The notes under the pieces are model-generated. The model did not search any database and had not been told where the DNA came from. It was given only the letters and a program-made list of their open reading frames with translations. DNA of 64,000 bases, from positions 416,001-480,000 of the forward strand of contig CAVQJC010000001.1 of the NCBI GenBank assembly GCA_963712745.1, in the 5' to 3' direction. This document shows, piece after piece, positions 8,701 through 20,169 of this stretch. The DNA is from an uncultured Chloroflexia bacterium. GTDB lineage: Bacteria > Chloroflexota > Limnocylindria > Limnocylindrales > CSP1-4. Positions within the stretch are counted from its first letter, which is position 1, and the number at the start of each line of letters is the position of its first letter. The position numbers and the translations under genes were made by a program.

Positions 8701-11230
8701 CGATGGGGCGAATTTCACGGTCGCACTCGAAGATGACCTGGACCCGCTGGCCATCGACCAAACGTTCGAACTGCCGACGCCCATGCCAGCACGGTACGCG
8801 CAGCTGCGCATCGATTCCGTCTATGGGTCGGCCGCGACGACGACCGCCGTGCTCGGCGAGTGGAAGGTCGTGGCCGTGCCCGGTGACACACCGATACCGG
8901 GCCTGCTCAACATCGCCGACCCGATGCGTGGCGGGCACGTCGTCTGGATGGACCCGCAATCAGAAGATCTCACGTTCGCCGACACGCTTCTCGACGAGGA
9001 CACCGCGCGGCAGACACTCTCCGCGACGCCCGGGACTCGGCTTGCGTGGGCGATCGGGTTCCAGGATGATCGGGCGGCGCGCATCGAGCGGCTCGAATGG
9101 GTCGACCCACCGGACACCGATGCGAGCATGCGATTCAAGCAAGTGGACATCGCCGTTACCACGGGCAGCGCCATCGGCCCGTGGCGGGACATGGGCACCT
9201 GGGACCTGTCCCGCGGCGATGACGGCAGCGTGGCGCCCTTCACGTTCGAAACACCCGAGTGGGCTCGCTTCGTGCGCTATTCGGGCAAGGCTGTGCCAAA
9301 AGGTGGCTATGCCGCCGAAGAGCCAGCGGTCCTGCGCATCCTTGAGACACCGACGGACGACGCCTATCGATCGGTCCTGGGCGAATGGGGCCAGACCAGT
9401 CGCAGTGGCCCATTCGAATGGCTGGAGCCACCAGACGTCACGGCGCCTCCGAGTGTCGCGGAGGCCAACGACTCGCCTGCGACTGCCCAGGCCTTGCCAG
9501 CCGCTACCAAGGTCACCGATCGCGTCCAGGCCGAACACGACGTCGACTGGTACTCGTTCACCGTCCCGCGCGGGCAGAACAGCGTCACGTTCACCGTCGG
9601 CGGTCAGCCGAGCGTCGGGGTCAGCCTAAGCCTCGCGGACGTCGACGGGACGACCGTACCGATGACGTTCATGGAGGGGGATGCTCCGGGCACGGTCAGC
9701 TATAGCGCCCCGGTCGCGGGAGGTGCCTCCTATCGTGTGCTGGTCGAGCAGCCGCCCTTCTCCGCGGTGGTGACCTTCGACACCAGCGGCAGCATGGGCG
9801 ACTACCTCTCGTTCGTCCGACAGGCATTGCGCTCCTATGCCGACGGAGTCACGCAGGGCCAGGAGACCATCCAGGTCGTGCCCTTCGAGGCGCAGCCCTT
9901 GCTGCCGGACTGGAGCGACGATGCCTACGTCCTGGGTAATGCCGTGGCTGGCTACGTACCTGGCGATGGGTCCAGCTCGGCTGAGGCCGCGCTGCTTGAT
10001 GCCAGCAAGTTGCTGACGGGGCACGAGGGTGCGCGGGCCATCCTGGTCGTCACCGATGGCGAGACCTCGTCGTTCGCCAAGAGCACACAGCTCTGGAACG
10101 AGCTCGCCGCCGTGCGACCGGTCATCTTCGCGGTCCACGTGGGCGGTGACTCAGAGCCGCGTCAGAGCCGCCACTTCATGCAGGATTGGTCTGACGCGGC
10201 TGGCGGCTACTACCAGTACGCGCGCACGCATGCCGAGATCGATCGGGCCTTCGATCGCATGGCCACGTGGCTGCGCCGCCCCGCCGCCTACACGCTCTCG
10301 TATGCGACATCGATCGAGCAGCTGCCTCCTCCCGAGCCCGGGTCCCTCGACGTGGTCAGCTGGCCAAGTGCGGATGGCAGTCCTAGCCAGCCCACCGTTG
10401 GCAAGGACGTGGCGATCGAACTGATCCTCGATACCTCGGGCAGCATGCTCGGATCGTTCGGCGGGAAGCGCCGCATCGATGTGGCCAAGGAGGCCTTCAC
10501 GAGCCTCGTCGATGATGGTCTGCCGGCTGGCGTCCCGGTCGCGCTGCGGGTCTTCGGAGACCGCGGGGACCAGTGTGCGACCCGTCTGGCCGTGCCCTTC
10601 GGCCCGCTTGACCCGCGCACGCTGACCCGGTTGGTGGATGGGATCGACGTCATCCAGGCGACCGATACACCCATCGCCGCGGCGCTGAGCCGTGCGCCAG
10701 AGGACCTGGGCAGTTCGAGCGGCAGCCGCATCGTGCTGCTCATCACCGACAGCGAGGAGACCTGGCCGAACCAGGATCTGTGTGGCCGGGATCCGGCCGA
10801 GGCTATCCGCAAGATCCGGCGTGAGGGCATCACCAGCGTGAACGTCATCGGCCTCGCAGTCAACGACCGGAAGGCCACCCAGACGATGAAGCAGTGGGCT
10901 CGCGTGGGCAACGGCAGCTACTTCAAGGCAGGCAGCCTCGAGCAACTGGCGGCTGCGGTCAGGTCGGCGGTGAGCGCGCCGTACGCGGTCTTCGACGCAG
11001 CCGGCACGGAGGTCGCGAACGGCGTCGTCAACGCCGCACCCGTGCAGTTGCCGCCGGGCAGCTACCGGGTCGTCGTCTCGAGCGATCCGGAGGTCACCTT
11101 CGAAGCCGTAGCGCTCGAAAGCGGCCGGTCAGTGACGGTCACCATGCCCAACGCCGAACCAACGCCGCCACCGAGCGCGAACCAGCCGGCCGAAGAGGCA
11201 CCAGCGACAGCCCCGCCAGAAGGGACCTAG
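5716..11230 (+). CDS. giant exported protein (~1,840 aa) with PPC-like repeats, discoidin-like domains and two VWA domains; one frameshift at ~8480
   Basis: ORFs 5716-8520 and 8396-11230 join when one G is removed from GGGGG at 8479-8483. Signal peptide, seven EPND-like/D.D.F(Y) modules, and two MIDAS motifs (FDTSGSM, LDTSGSM). Confidence 0.8.
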
Positions 11231-11232
11231 GA

Positions 11233-13464
11233 ATGCGGTTCTTGACCATCTCACAACGCTCGGCCATCGCCTTGATGGCTGTCCTTGCCCTATCGAGTGC
11301 CGGACTCCCCATCGCTCCGATCGAAGCCGCTCGGGCTGCAGACAGCGTGCCGGTCTCGTTCGCGCTGCCCGACCCTTCTGAACTCGAGGCAGACACGAGA
11401 CTGACCACCGACGACGTGCCGGCCCCTGTGAGCGGGACGCTCGATCTGGGCTTGGTCCAGGACGCCGCGGAGGCGCTGCTCGGTTCGATGCCCGCTGAAG
11501 AGTGGGACCTTGCTGCGCTGAGCTGGTCATTCGCAGGCGATGCCGAGGCGGCCTTCGCCTTCGTCCGCGATCGCATCGGCTACGAACCCTACCCGGGAGT
11601 ATTACGCGGCGCCAAGGGCACCCTGGCGGCGCGGGCCGGCAATGCGTACGACCGGGCCATCCTGCTCAAAGCGCTACTCGACGCCATGCTGGTGCCCACG
11701 CGATTCGCTTTCGGGCAGCTCGACGAAGCTACGGCCGGGGAAGTCCTGGCGCGCACGTTCGTGGCGCCCTCAGACCCGCTGCCGAACGTGGACATGGCAG
11801 GGGCCGCCGTCATCGATGCGCCGGCCATGTCCAACCGTGCCCGCCGTGACTACGCGCTCCTGCGCGAAGCGCTCGGGCAGCGGCTCGACTCGGTGACGGC
11901 CGCCCCTGCTGCCGGCGCGGCGACCGATCCGCAGCATCACGTATGGGTGCAGGTCCTTTTGGGCGCGGATTGGGTCGACTTCGACCCCACACTGCCCGAG
12001 GCACAGCCGGGCGACACGCTCACCCCTATCGTTTCCACCGCTGCTGAGATCCCGGCCGCCGAGCGGCAGAGCGTCCGCCTGGAGCTCGTGGCAGAAACAC
12101 TCACGAGCGGCAGGCTCGAGCGTCATGACGTGCTGGACAAGACACTCGACGTGGCGGAATCCTCCGACAGCGAGATCTTCCTCTACTTCCAGCCCGCCAT
12201 CGGCGGCATCGGTGGGTCGATCGCCCAGGCACTCGGCGAGGCCACCGGTTACCTGCCCGAGCTGATGATCGACGGCGTCGTCACCCAGGGCTCGAGCTTC
12301 CCGGTCCTCGGCGGCACGGACATCTTCACAGGGGAGGCCCTGGGCACATCAGGCGACGAGACCACGCTTGCCAGCCTGCGGCTCGTGGCGACGCGCCAGG
12401 CGCCAGGCTATCCGGCCGATGCCTTCGTGCGTACGCTGATCGATCGGGCGCTCCCAAGCGATCGAACCACTGGCGACGTGTCGTTCGATCGCCTCACACC
12501 ACTACAGATCGGACCGGCCGGTCCCGTGGACCTGCTGCCCCTGCACCACCTGATGATCTCGTCCGGGAGCGCCAACGCGCGCAGCCTCGTGCTCCAGCGT
12601 GCTCAGGTGGCCCGCTTCGTCGACTTGCATCTGCTGGACCCGGACGAAGCCGACGGCTACGCGCTCTCGGACCTCCTGTGGCCGGTGGCAGTCGCCGATG
12701 CCGGCCTCGTCCTGGCATCAGAGCGAACCATCGTGCACGGTCTTGGCGTGCCCGGCTCGGTAGGTGCGTATGTCGCGCGACCAAGGATCTTCATCGCCTC
12801 GCTGGCACCCACCGGTGTCGGCGAGGGTGGTATCGCCTACGAGACCGACCTGCTGGCCGACGATCTACGCATCATCGGCCCGGGTGGGCAAGCGGTGGGA
12901 GACGCAACGGACCGGCACATCTGGTACGGAGCCGCCGAGGCAGCCCTGGAGACCGAGTTCGCGTTGGCGACGGCGCGCGGCCTGGATCCTGCGACACGGA
13001 CGGTCACGGCCGTGAGCCTGGCGATGGGGTCGCCGCTAACGGTGGTCGCGGCTCACGACCAGAACGCTATCGGCGGCAGTGCGCAAGCCCTGCAGGAGGC
13101 GGTCGCAGGCGGGCTGATCGCGGTCGTGCCCGGGCCAGCGGATGCGGCGGAGGCCTGGTGGACGGTCGATCCCTCTGATGGCCAGACGCGATCGATCCTC
13201 GACCCGGGTCTGGGGGCCGGACGGGGTATCGGCAACAACTACGTCAACGAAAGCAAGGGCGCTACGCACTACGTGGACGACAAGGGCAACTCACTGGTGC
13301 GCAAGGCGGCGGGACCGCCCTCGCGTTGTGGCGGCGGCCAGGAGTACGTCGTGGTCATCGGTTGCGTCTCTACGCCGGTCGCGTGGACGATCTATGGCGT
13401 CGGCGCTGTCATCCTGATCGCGGTCGCGTATGGCGCGAGCAAGTGGTTGCAGTCCAAACTCTAG
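11233..13464 (+). CDS. exported transglutaminase-like domain protein with a C-terminal hydrophobic helix
   Basis: ATG lies 2 nt after the upstream stop. Signal peptide; motifs AFAFVRDRI, GNAYDRAILLKALL, HVWVQV and WVDFDPT. Confidence 0.75.
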   Translation: MRFLTISQRSAIALMAVLALSSAGLPIAPIEAARAADSVPVSFALPDPSELEADTRLTTDDVPAPVSGTLDLGLVQDAAEALLGSMPAEEWDLAALSWSFAGDAEAAFAFVRDRIGYEPYPGVLRGAKGTLAARAGNAYDRAILLKALLDAMLVPTRFAFGQLDEATAGEVLARTFVAPSDPLPNVDMAGAAVIDAPAMSNRARRDYALLREALGQRLDSVTAAPAAGAATDPQHHVWVQVLLGADWVDFDPTLPEAQPGDTLTPIVSTAAEIPAAERQSVRLELVAETLTSGRLERHDVLDKTLDVAESSDSEIFLYFQPAIGGIGGSIAQALGEATGYLPELMIDGVVTQGSSFPVLGGTDIFTGEALGTSGDETTLASLRLVATRQAPGYPADAFVRTLIDRALPSDRTTGDVSFDRLTPLQIGPAGPVDLLPLHHLMISSGSANARSLVLQRAQVARFVDLHLLDPDEADGYALSDLLWPVAVADAGLVLASERTIVHGLGVPGSVGAYVARPRIFIASLAPTGVGEGGIAYETDLLADDLRIIGPGGQAVGDATDRHIWYGAAEAALETEFALATARGLDPATRTVTAVSLAMGSPLTVVAAHDQNAIGGSAQALQEAVAGGLIAVVPGPADAAEAWWTVDPSDGQTRSILDPGLGAGRGIGNNYVNESKGATHYVDDKGNSLVRKAAGPPSRCGGGQEYVVVIGCVSTPVAWTIYGVGAVILIAVAYGASKWLQSKL

Positions 13465-13642
13465 GGCGAGGCCGCAGTGCTGGACTGCCGATTCCGCTGG
13501 ACTTTCACGTGCCTTGGGGCAGATCGAATAGCAGGGCACGTTTGCGCGAGCGTAGAGAGCGTCAGTCTGTGTCTCGGCGGCGCGTCGTGGATGCAAAGCT
13601 CGAGCGTGTGAATCGACCAAGCTAGCGGTATGCTCTGCGGCC

Positions 13643-14819
13643 GTGAAGCTACGTCGTCGATCTGTCGTCACCCTCGCAGGCGCGCTACTGCTGGTGCTCG
13701 CCCTGGCGTTGCCCGGCCTCGCTGCCGGACCAGCGGAAGTAGACGCCGAACTGGCGGCCAAGCTGCAGTACCGGCTTGATCGCTGGCGGCACGAGCCACC
13801 GGGCACCCGGGGTCGCCGCTGCCGTCCGTCTGCCAGACGGCAGCCAATGGATCGGCACATCGGGCAAGAAGACCGTCGGCACGTCAGCCCAGGATCGTCC
13901 AGCCCGGCACGCCCTTCGCGGTGGCATCGCTGACCAAGACGTTCGTCGCGGCGCTGATGCTGCAACTCAACGAGGAAGGCAAGCTGGGCCTCAACGACCC
14001 CATCTCGAATTGGCTGCCCTGGTACCCCAAGGCCGACAAGATGACCGTCAGGATGCTGCTCAGTCATCGCAGCGGGCTCTTCGACTACTTCAGCCACCCA
14101 CGTTACGAGAGGCGCGTCTTCGGACGGCCCCGCCACAGTGGACCGTCGGCGAGATCCTCAAGCTGCGTGGCCCGCGCTACTGTGCTCCCGGCCGCTGCTA
14201 TCGCTATTCGAACACCAATTACGTCATCCTCGGTGCCATCGCCAACCGAAGGTGACCGGCAAGTCCGTAGCCCAGCAACATCCGTGAGCGGTTCCTTGAG
14301 CCGCTGGGCCTGACCGACACGTTCTTCCAGGGGCAGGAGCCGATCGCCAAGTTCCCGGCCAAGGGCTACTGGGCCAGGACGCGCGGCTACGCCGGATTTT
14401 CGGATGGCAGCCGCTATCGGCCGAATACGTCCGCCGCGACGGTCGCCAATGCTGCGGGAGCGCTGGTGTCCTCGGTCCGCGACATCTCCGACTGGCAGGA
14501 CGCGCTGCTCGGTGGTGACGTGCTCAGCCCGTGGTCCCTGAAGCAGATGACCTCGTTCCACCCCCGCAGCGGCTATGGCCTGGGCATGCGCTACGCCTGG
14601 CTCGACGGCATCCGTGGCATCGGCCACGGTGGTTCGCTGCGCGGCTTCGTCTCGATCATGTATCGCCTGCCCGAGCAGGATCTCGATGTGGTCGTCCTGA
14701 CCAACCTCGGACGCACCAACCTTCAGGGCCTCGCCGACGTGCTCACCCGCGTCACGTTGCGCTTCCTCGAGCCACCCGCTCCGCCGGACCCTGAGCCGGA
14801 GCCGGGCGCGGCGGCTTGA
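13643..14819 (+). CDS. serine hydrolase, beta-lactamase / D-Ala-D-Ala carboxypeptidase family (frameshifted)
   Basis: Signal peptide; SxxK (ASLTKTF), LLSHRSG, YSNTNY and GHGG spread over several frames. Confidence 0.85.
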
Positions 14820-15009
14820 TCAATCGACAGCACGACGCCAGCCGGCGGTAGAAGTGGGCGATGCGTGGCTGCTGCCAACTGACGTCGAGAAGCGATGGGA
14901 AGCCCGGCACCATCAGGACGTCGATGAGGCCGCTACCGAGCACCTGATACGCGATGCTGATGTCGCCACTGAGGGCGTAGCGGACCGCGCTCGGCGCGTT
15001 GGCGCTCAT
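14816..15009 (-). pseudogene. N-terminal fragment of an alpha/beta hydrolase (type often fused to adenylate cyclase or LuxR domains)
   Basis: VRYALSGDISIAYQVLGSGLIDVLMVPGF...RRLAS..RLI. Similarity ends where it meets the stop of the convergent gene. Confidence 0.6.
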
Positions 15010-16321
15010 GGCCCGATGCGCTCTCCCAGGCGATCGCGGAGCACGTCCGGCACGCGGATGGAACCGTCGGGCTGCTGGTAGACCTCGAGGATCGCGGCCA
15101 CGGTGCGCGGCAAGGCCAGGCCGGAGCCATTGAGCGTGTGGAGCACTTCGGGCTTGGCGCCAGCCTCAGGCCGCCAGCGGATGCTCATGCGACGTGCCTG
15201 GTAGTCGCGGAAGTTGGAGACCGAGCTGACCTCGAGCCAGTCCTCGACACCGGGGGCCCACACCTCGAGGTCGTACTTCTTGGCCTGCGTGAAGCCCATG
15301 TCGCCGCTGGCCATCAACTTGACGCGATACGGCAATCCCAGACGCTGAAGGCAGATCTCGGCGCGCTCGGTCAACCACTCGAGCGTAGCATCTGATTCAT
15401 CGGGCTTCTCGAAGGCGACCATCTCCACCTTGTCGAACTGGTGCACGCGCAGGATGCCGCGCGTCTTGGCACCCGCTGCACCGGCCTCGCGCCGGAAACA
15501 CGGCGAGTAGGCGACGTAGCGGATGGGGAGCTGGTCGGCCTCGATGATCTCGTCGCGATGGATGTTCGTGACCGGCACTTCGGCCGTGGGCACGAGGAAG
15601 AGCTCGTCGCGCGTGACCACGTACATCTGGTCTTCCTTGTCCGGGATCTGGCCCGTGCCGCGCGCAGAGTCAGCGTTGACGACGATCGGCGGCCAGACCT
15701 CGGTCATGCCGTGCTCGGTGGTGTGCAGGTCAAGGAAGTAGTCGATGAGCGCGCGCTGTAGCTTGGCTCCAGCACCCTTGTAGAGCGGGAAGCCGGAACC
15801 GCTGATCTTGGCTCCAGCGGCCAGATCGATCATGTCCAGCGACTCGGCCAACTCCCAGTGCGGCTTGCGCTCCCATGGCTGCACCTTCCTCATCATCAGC
15901 GACGGCGTGCTCAGCGGGTTCGCCCCAGGTCCGGACGATCTGGCTGGCCTCTTCGCCACCGATCGGCACGCCCGCGTCAGGCGGATTGGGAATGCGGTAG
16001 AGCAGTTCGTCGAGCCGCGTGACGATCTCCAGGAGGCGCGTATCGAGCCCGCTGATCTCGCCACCCAGCCAGGTCGACTGTTCCTTGAGCCGGGAGACTT
16101 CAGGGCCGTTCGGGTCGGCGCCGCCTCTGATGGCGTGGCCGATGGATTCGGAGATGAGCTTGCGCTGGTTGCGCAGATGGTCGCCCTTGCCAAGCACGTC
16201 GCGGCGCTCCGCGTCGATGATCAGCGCCTGATCGATGAGCGTCGGATCCTCGCCCTTGGCGATCGGCGCCCGCACGGATGCGGTCGGCTTCTTCCCGCAG
16301 CCGGGTCGGTCCGACACTCAT
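15006..16321 (-). CDS. serS: serine--tRNA ligase (frameshifts near the 5' end)
   Basis: Motifs LVPTAEVP, CFRREAG, RGILRVHQFDKVE, EVSSVSN and HTLNGSGLA. Confidence 0.96.
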
Positions 16322-17924
16322 GACATGACCTTCCCGGCAGCCGCAGCCGCCTCCAGCCGCGCGATGACCATGGTCTCGGCCAGGCTGGCCAGCAGCCAGC
16401 CAGCTCGCGGACCATTGGTCCGTCCAAGGAAGGCTGCGTAGACCGCCGCGAACGTGTCGCGAGAGGAGACGCCGCGTGCCTGCCCGGTACGGTAGATGAG
16501 GTCCTGCCAGGCGTCACCAGAGCGCGGATGCTCCGCGGCCACGCCCTTGGCCAGATCGCCCAGGAACAGCCACTGCACCTCGTTGAGCTCTGCGACCTCG
16601 GCCGGCACATCATCGGCGGACGGCGACCTGGTAGCGCTCGGGTGCGAAACTCTCGAGCCACGTGCTGGCGACCTCGTGCTCCGTGAGGCCACGATGGCCA
16701 GTTCCGCGTCATCGAGCGGCGCACCCTTCTCGGCCGCCATGCGCTCGTCGAGGTCGACGCCGGGCACCTGCACCAACAGCGTCAGGTGACGGAAGGCCGG
16801 GCGGAAACGCGCGCGCCTCGACCTCGATATCGGCGTTCGGGTCCAGCAGGCTGGCCGGAAGATGCGCTCAGGATTGGGCGGCAACTCGCCACGGAAGGGC
16901 AAGCCGGCGGTCGCCGTCGCGACTCGGTCGAAGTCGTCGAAGAGGCCCGGGATGGCATCGCCCTCGGGGTCGAACTCGAGCGCCCGCTTGGGCTTGTGCC
17001 GCAGGAACAGGAAACGCAGCAGCTCTGGCGGCAGCAAGTCGGCCATCTCATGGGCAGCGGCCCCACTGCCCTTGGACGTGCTCATCTTGCGACCGCCGAC
17101 GTTGAGGAACTCGTAGGGCACGTTGACGGGTGGTTCGCGATCGAAGACCTCGCGACTGATGGCGTCGCTGCGGTCGCGACTGCCGCCCTTGGTCGCGAGG
17201 TCCTTGCCGCAACCCTCGACGGTGATATCGAAGTGGCTCCATTTGGCAGCCCAGTCCACGTTGAAGGGCAGCTTGGCACGGCCGCTGAACGGGGCGACTC
17301 GCCGCCATTGTTTCCGCAGCCAGTGGCCCAGGCCACGTAGTCCGGCTTGCAGGCATACGCCACGGTCTCGCCATCCCAGTCGGTGGCGAGCGTCGTGCCG
17401 ACGCGCCCGCAGTCCTCGCAGATGACCGAGACCGGCAGCCAGCCCGGGGCGCGCTCGACGTTGCTGACGCGCAGGTAGATCTGCACGGATGGTCTCCGCT
17501 CCGTCGAGCGCACGACGGATGAAGGGGTCCATCGAACCGTCGCCGTACAGCTCGCTCATCCAGTAGATCTCGGGTTCGATGCCAAGGCCCGTGAAGGTGC
17601 CCATGAAGAGCTCGCCCACGAAGTAGCGCGCATAGCTCTCGGCGGCACTGCCCTCGGGCGCTGGCACGTGTGCCAGCGGCACGCCCATGTAGCGCTCGAC
17701 CGCGTCGGGCGTCAGGAGCGCCTGCGCATCCATGGGATCGAGGTCATCGACGCCGTAGAGGAAGCGGCTGGGCCGCTCGGCTCGTGACCAGTGCTCGTTG
17801 GATAGCATCGTGCAACACCACGCCGCGCAGCGAACCGATGTGCACCGTGCCCGAGGGCGTCTTCGAGATCGTTGACGACCTGCGGGCCATCGAGTGATGT
17901 GGCTAGCTCGTCAGCCCAGAACAT
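16318..17924 (-). CDS. lysS: lysine--tRNA ligase, class I (frameshifted)
   Basis: MFWADE start, PSG.VHIGS HIGH-like motif, Cys-rich knuckle (CEDCGR), VDWAAKW, GKD and KMSTSKG. Confidence 0.9.
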
Positions 17925-17969
17925 GGTGCGCGGTTTTCCCTGTCCCGGAGATGCGGCCCGAGACTCGTG

Positions 17970-18437
17970 TCAGCGGATGCTGACGATCGTATAGGTGGAG
18001 TCACCGGCCGGCACCGAGACGGTCACTGCATCGCCCTTCTTCTTGCCGAGCAGTGCACGGCCAACCGGCGAGTTGTTGGAGATGCGTCCCTCATCGGGAG
18101 CAGCCTCGGCGGCACCGACGATGGTGTACTTCTCCTTGCCGTTCTCGCCTTCGATGGTCACGGTCGAACCGATCTGCACGATGGTGCGGCTGTGATGCTC
18201 ATCGATGAGCACAGCGTTCTTGATGATGGCGGTCAGTGACTGGATGCGCCCCTCGACGAAGGCCTGCTCGTTCTTGGCGTCCTCGTACTCAGCATTCTCC
18301 GTGACGTCGCCGTATTCCTTGGCGTCATGGATGCGTTGAGCAACCTCGGGTCGCTTGACGTTGGTGAGCTCGGCGAGCTCTGCCTTGAGCTTCTCAAGAC
18401 CTTCGGCCGAGAGGTATTCGGGCTTGTTAGCGTTCAC
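17970..18437 (-). CDS. greA: transcription elongation factor GreA
   Basis: Motifs GDVTENAEYEDAK and ISNNSPVGRALLGK. Confidence 0.96.
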   Translation of the reverse strand: MNANKPEYLSAEGLEKLKAELAELTNVKRPEVAQRIHDAKEYGDVTENAEYEDAKNEQAFVEGRIQSLTAIIKNAVLIDEHHSRTIVQIGSTVTIEGENGKEKYTIVGAAEAAPDEGRISNNSPVGRALLGKKKGDAVTVSVPAGDSTYTIVSIR

Positions 18438-18603
18438 CAAGGAATCCTCGTGAGCGAGCCAATATGGGCTAGGTCAGGCGTATGCGGAAGATGGGCTTGT
18501 CAGGGAAGGGTCCCGACGGTCCGCCGCTACGCCCCGCGAGAACGGGCGGCTTGGGCGCCGTTCAGTTGGCGCAATGCTACCACTCGCGGCCCAGAAGCGA
18601 CCG

Positions 18604-19645
18604 CTAGCGACCCAGTTCGGCGCGCACCGTGCGGGTCGCTCCGCACCAGCGAGCGCATCTTCTCGACGGCCAGCGGACGCGCGGTCTGGCTGTAGCCGCA
18701 GTCGGCGGTACAGCCAGAGCTTCTCGGGCGCACACGACTCGAGCAGCCTGCGGATGCGCGACGGCCACGATCTCCGGCGTCTCCGGTCGCGCGCCTTCAC
18801 GTCGATGATGCCCGCCGCGAGGATCTTGTCGCCGCCGTACTCCGCCCACAGCTCGGTCTCCCACATCGAGCGGTTGGCGAACTCCAGGCTGAGCGCGTCG
18901 TAGGCGAAGATCCTTGAAGTACGGCGCGAACGCCGCGTACGAGCGGTACGAGGTGGCCGGTCGGCCGCGGAAGTTGCCGAAGCAGAGGTGCAGCGAGGTG
19001 GGCGCGTCCACGCCGTCGAGGCAGGCGTTGGTGATGTCGACCATCTCCGGCAGGCCGCCGGGCATGATCCAGAAGGCTGGCTCATCGAGCTGGATGAACG
19101 TGGGCGCCCGCGGCCACGGCCGCCTTGAGCTCCCGATTGATGTCCGGCACCAGCGCCCAGGCGACCTTGCCCTTGTCGGCATAGGCCGGCGCCGGGGTCG
19201 ATGCGGAACGCCTGCGTGACGGGGCCCTGGAGCGCGCTCACGAAGGGCTGCTCGGTGCGCGTCAGCAGGTGCTCGACCTCGGCCACCATGTCGTAGCCGT
19301 CGGGGCACGTCGAGGGCGCGATCGCGCGGAAGGCGTCGAGCTGGTCCGGACCCGGGTAGCCCAGGCGGCGCTCGTAGTCGATCGCCTCCAGGCCCGGTGA
19401 TCTGGCCGTGGAAGTTGCGCGTGAAGTCGGCGCGCAGCATCTCGCCGTCCGAGACGATGTCGTAGCCGGCCTCCTCCGCCTCGCGCAGCGCGAGCTCGGC
19501 ACCGTCCTTGAGCGACTCGTCGATGTCGGAGGGGCCCAGCTTGCCTTCCGCGACGGCATCGCGGACCAGCCACATCCAGGACGGCACCCCGGAGCTGCCG
19601 ATGGACTGGACGGGCAGCAGGGGCAGGTTCGTCGAGCTTGGCCAT
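18604..19645 (-). CDS. cobalamin-independent methionine synthase II (MetE C-terminal-like) family protein (frameshifted)
   Basis: DIVSDGEM, IQLDEP, Zn motif HLCFGN, LEFANR, GIIDVK and a C-terminal DCG motif across frames. Confidence 0.85.
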
Positions 19646-20162
19646 CAGGGTCCTCCTGGGTGGATCGGGCGGTCGGAGGCGACGCCGACGGTCGGTCGCT
19701 GGAACAGCTCGATGTGGTAGCCGTCGGGGTCGATGCAGGTAGGCGGCACGGCCGCCCTTGTTGGGCCCGACCGGGATCTCGACCGCACCCGCGGACCGGG
19801 CTCGGTAGCCGGCGGCGACGGCCCGGGCGTGCAGTCGCGGCCGCATCCGTGACGTGGAAGCAGAGGTGGCCGGTGCCCGGGTCCCAGGCTCGCGGGGCGG
19901 GCGTGGGCCGAGCGTCCGTGCCGTGGTACTCCAGGAGCTCCACGATAGACGCCCTCGCTGCCGGGGATGCGCAGGTAGACGATGCGGGCGTCGGTCATGT
20001 CGATGCCCATCACCGCCCGGACGTAGTCGACGGCGTCCAGCGTCACGTCGAAGTGGACCTCGAGGCCCAGCGTGTCGCGGTAGAACGCCAGCGACTCGCC
20101 TCCATGTCGCTGACCGCGATGCCGCCGTGGAAGAAGCCGCTGATCGGCGAGGACGCGTTCAC
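19645..20162 (-). CDS. VOC / glyoxalase family protein (frameshifted)
   Basis: Motifs FFHGGIAVSDM, ELLEY, GHLCFHVTD and DPDGYHIELFQ. Confidence 0.8.
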
Positions 20163-20169
20163 GCGGTCG

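Noticed and set aside
18604-19645. Assigning the symbol metE
   Set aside because: This is a single-domain homologue without the N-terminal folate-binding half, so its function is uncertain.
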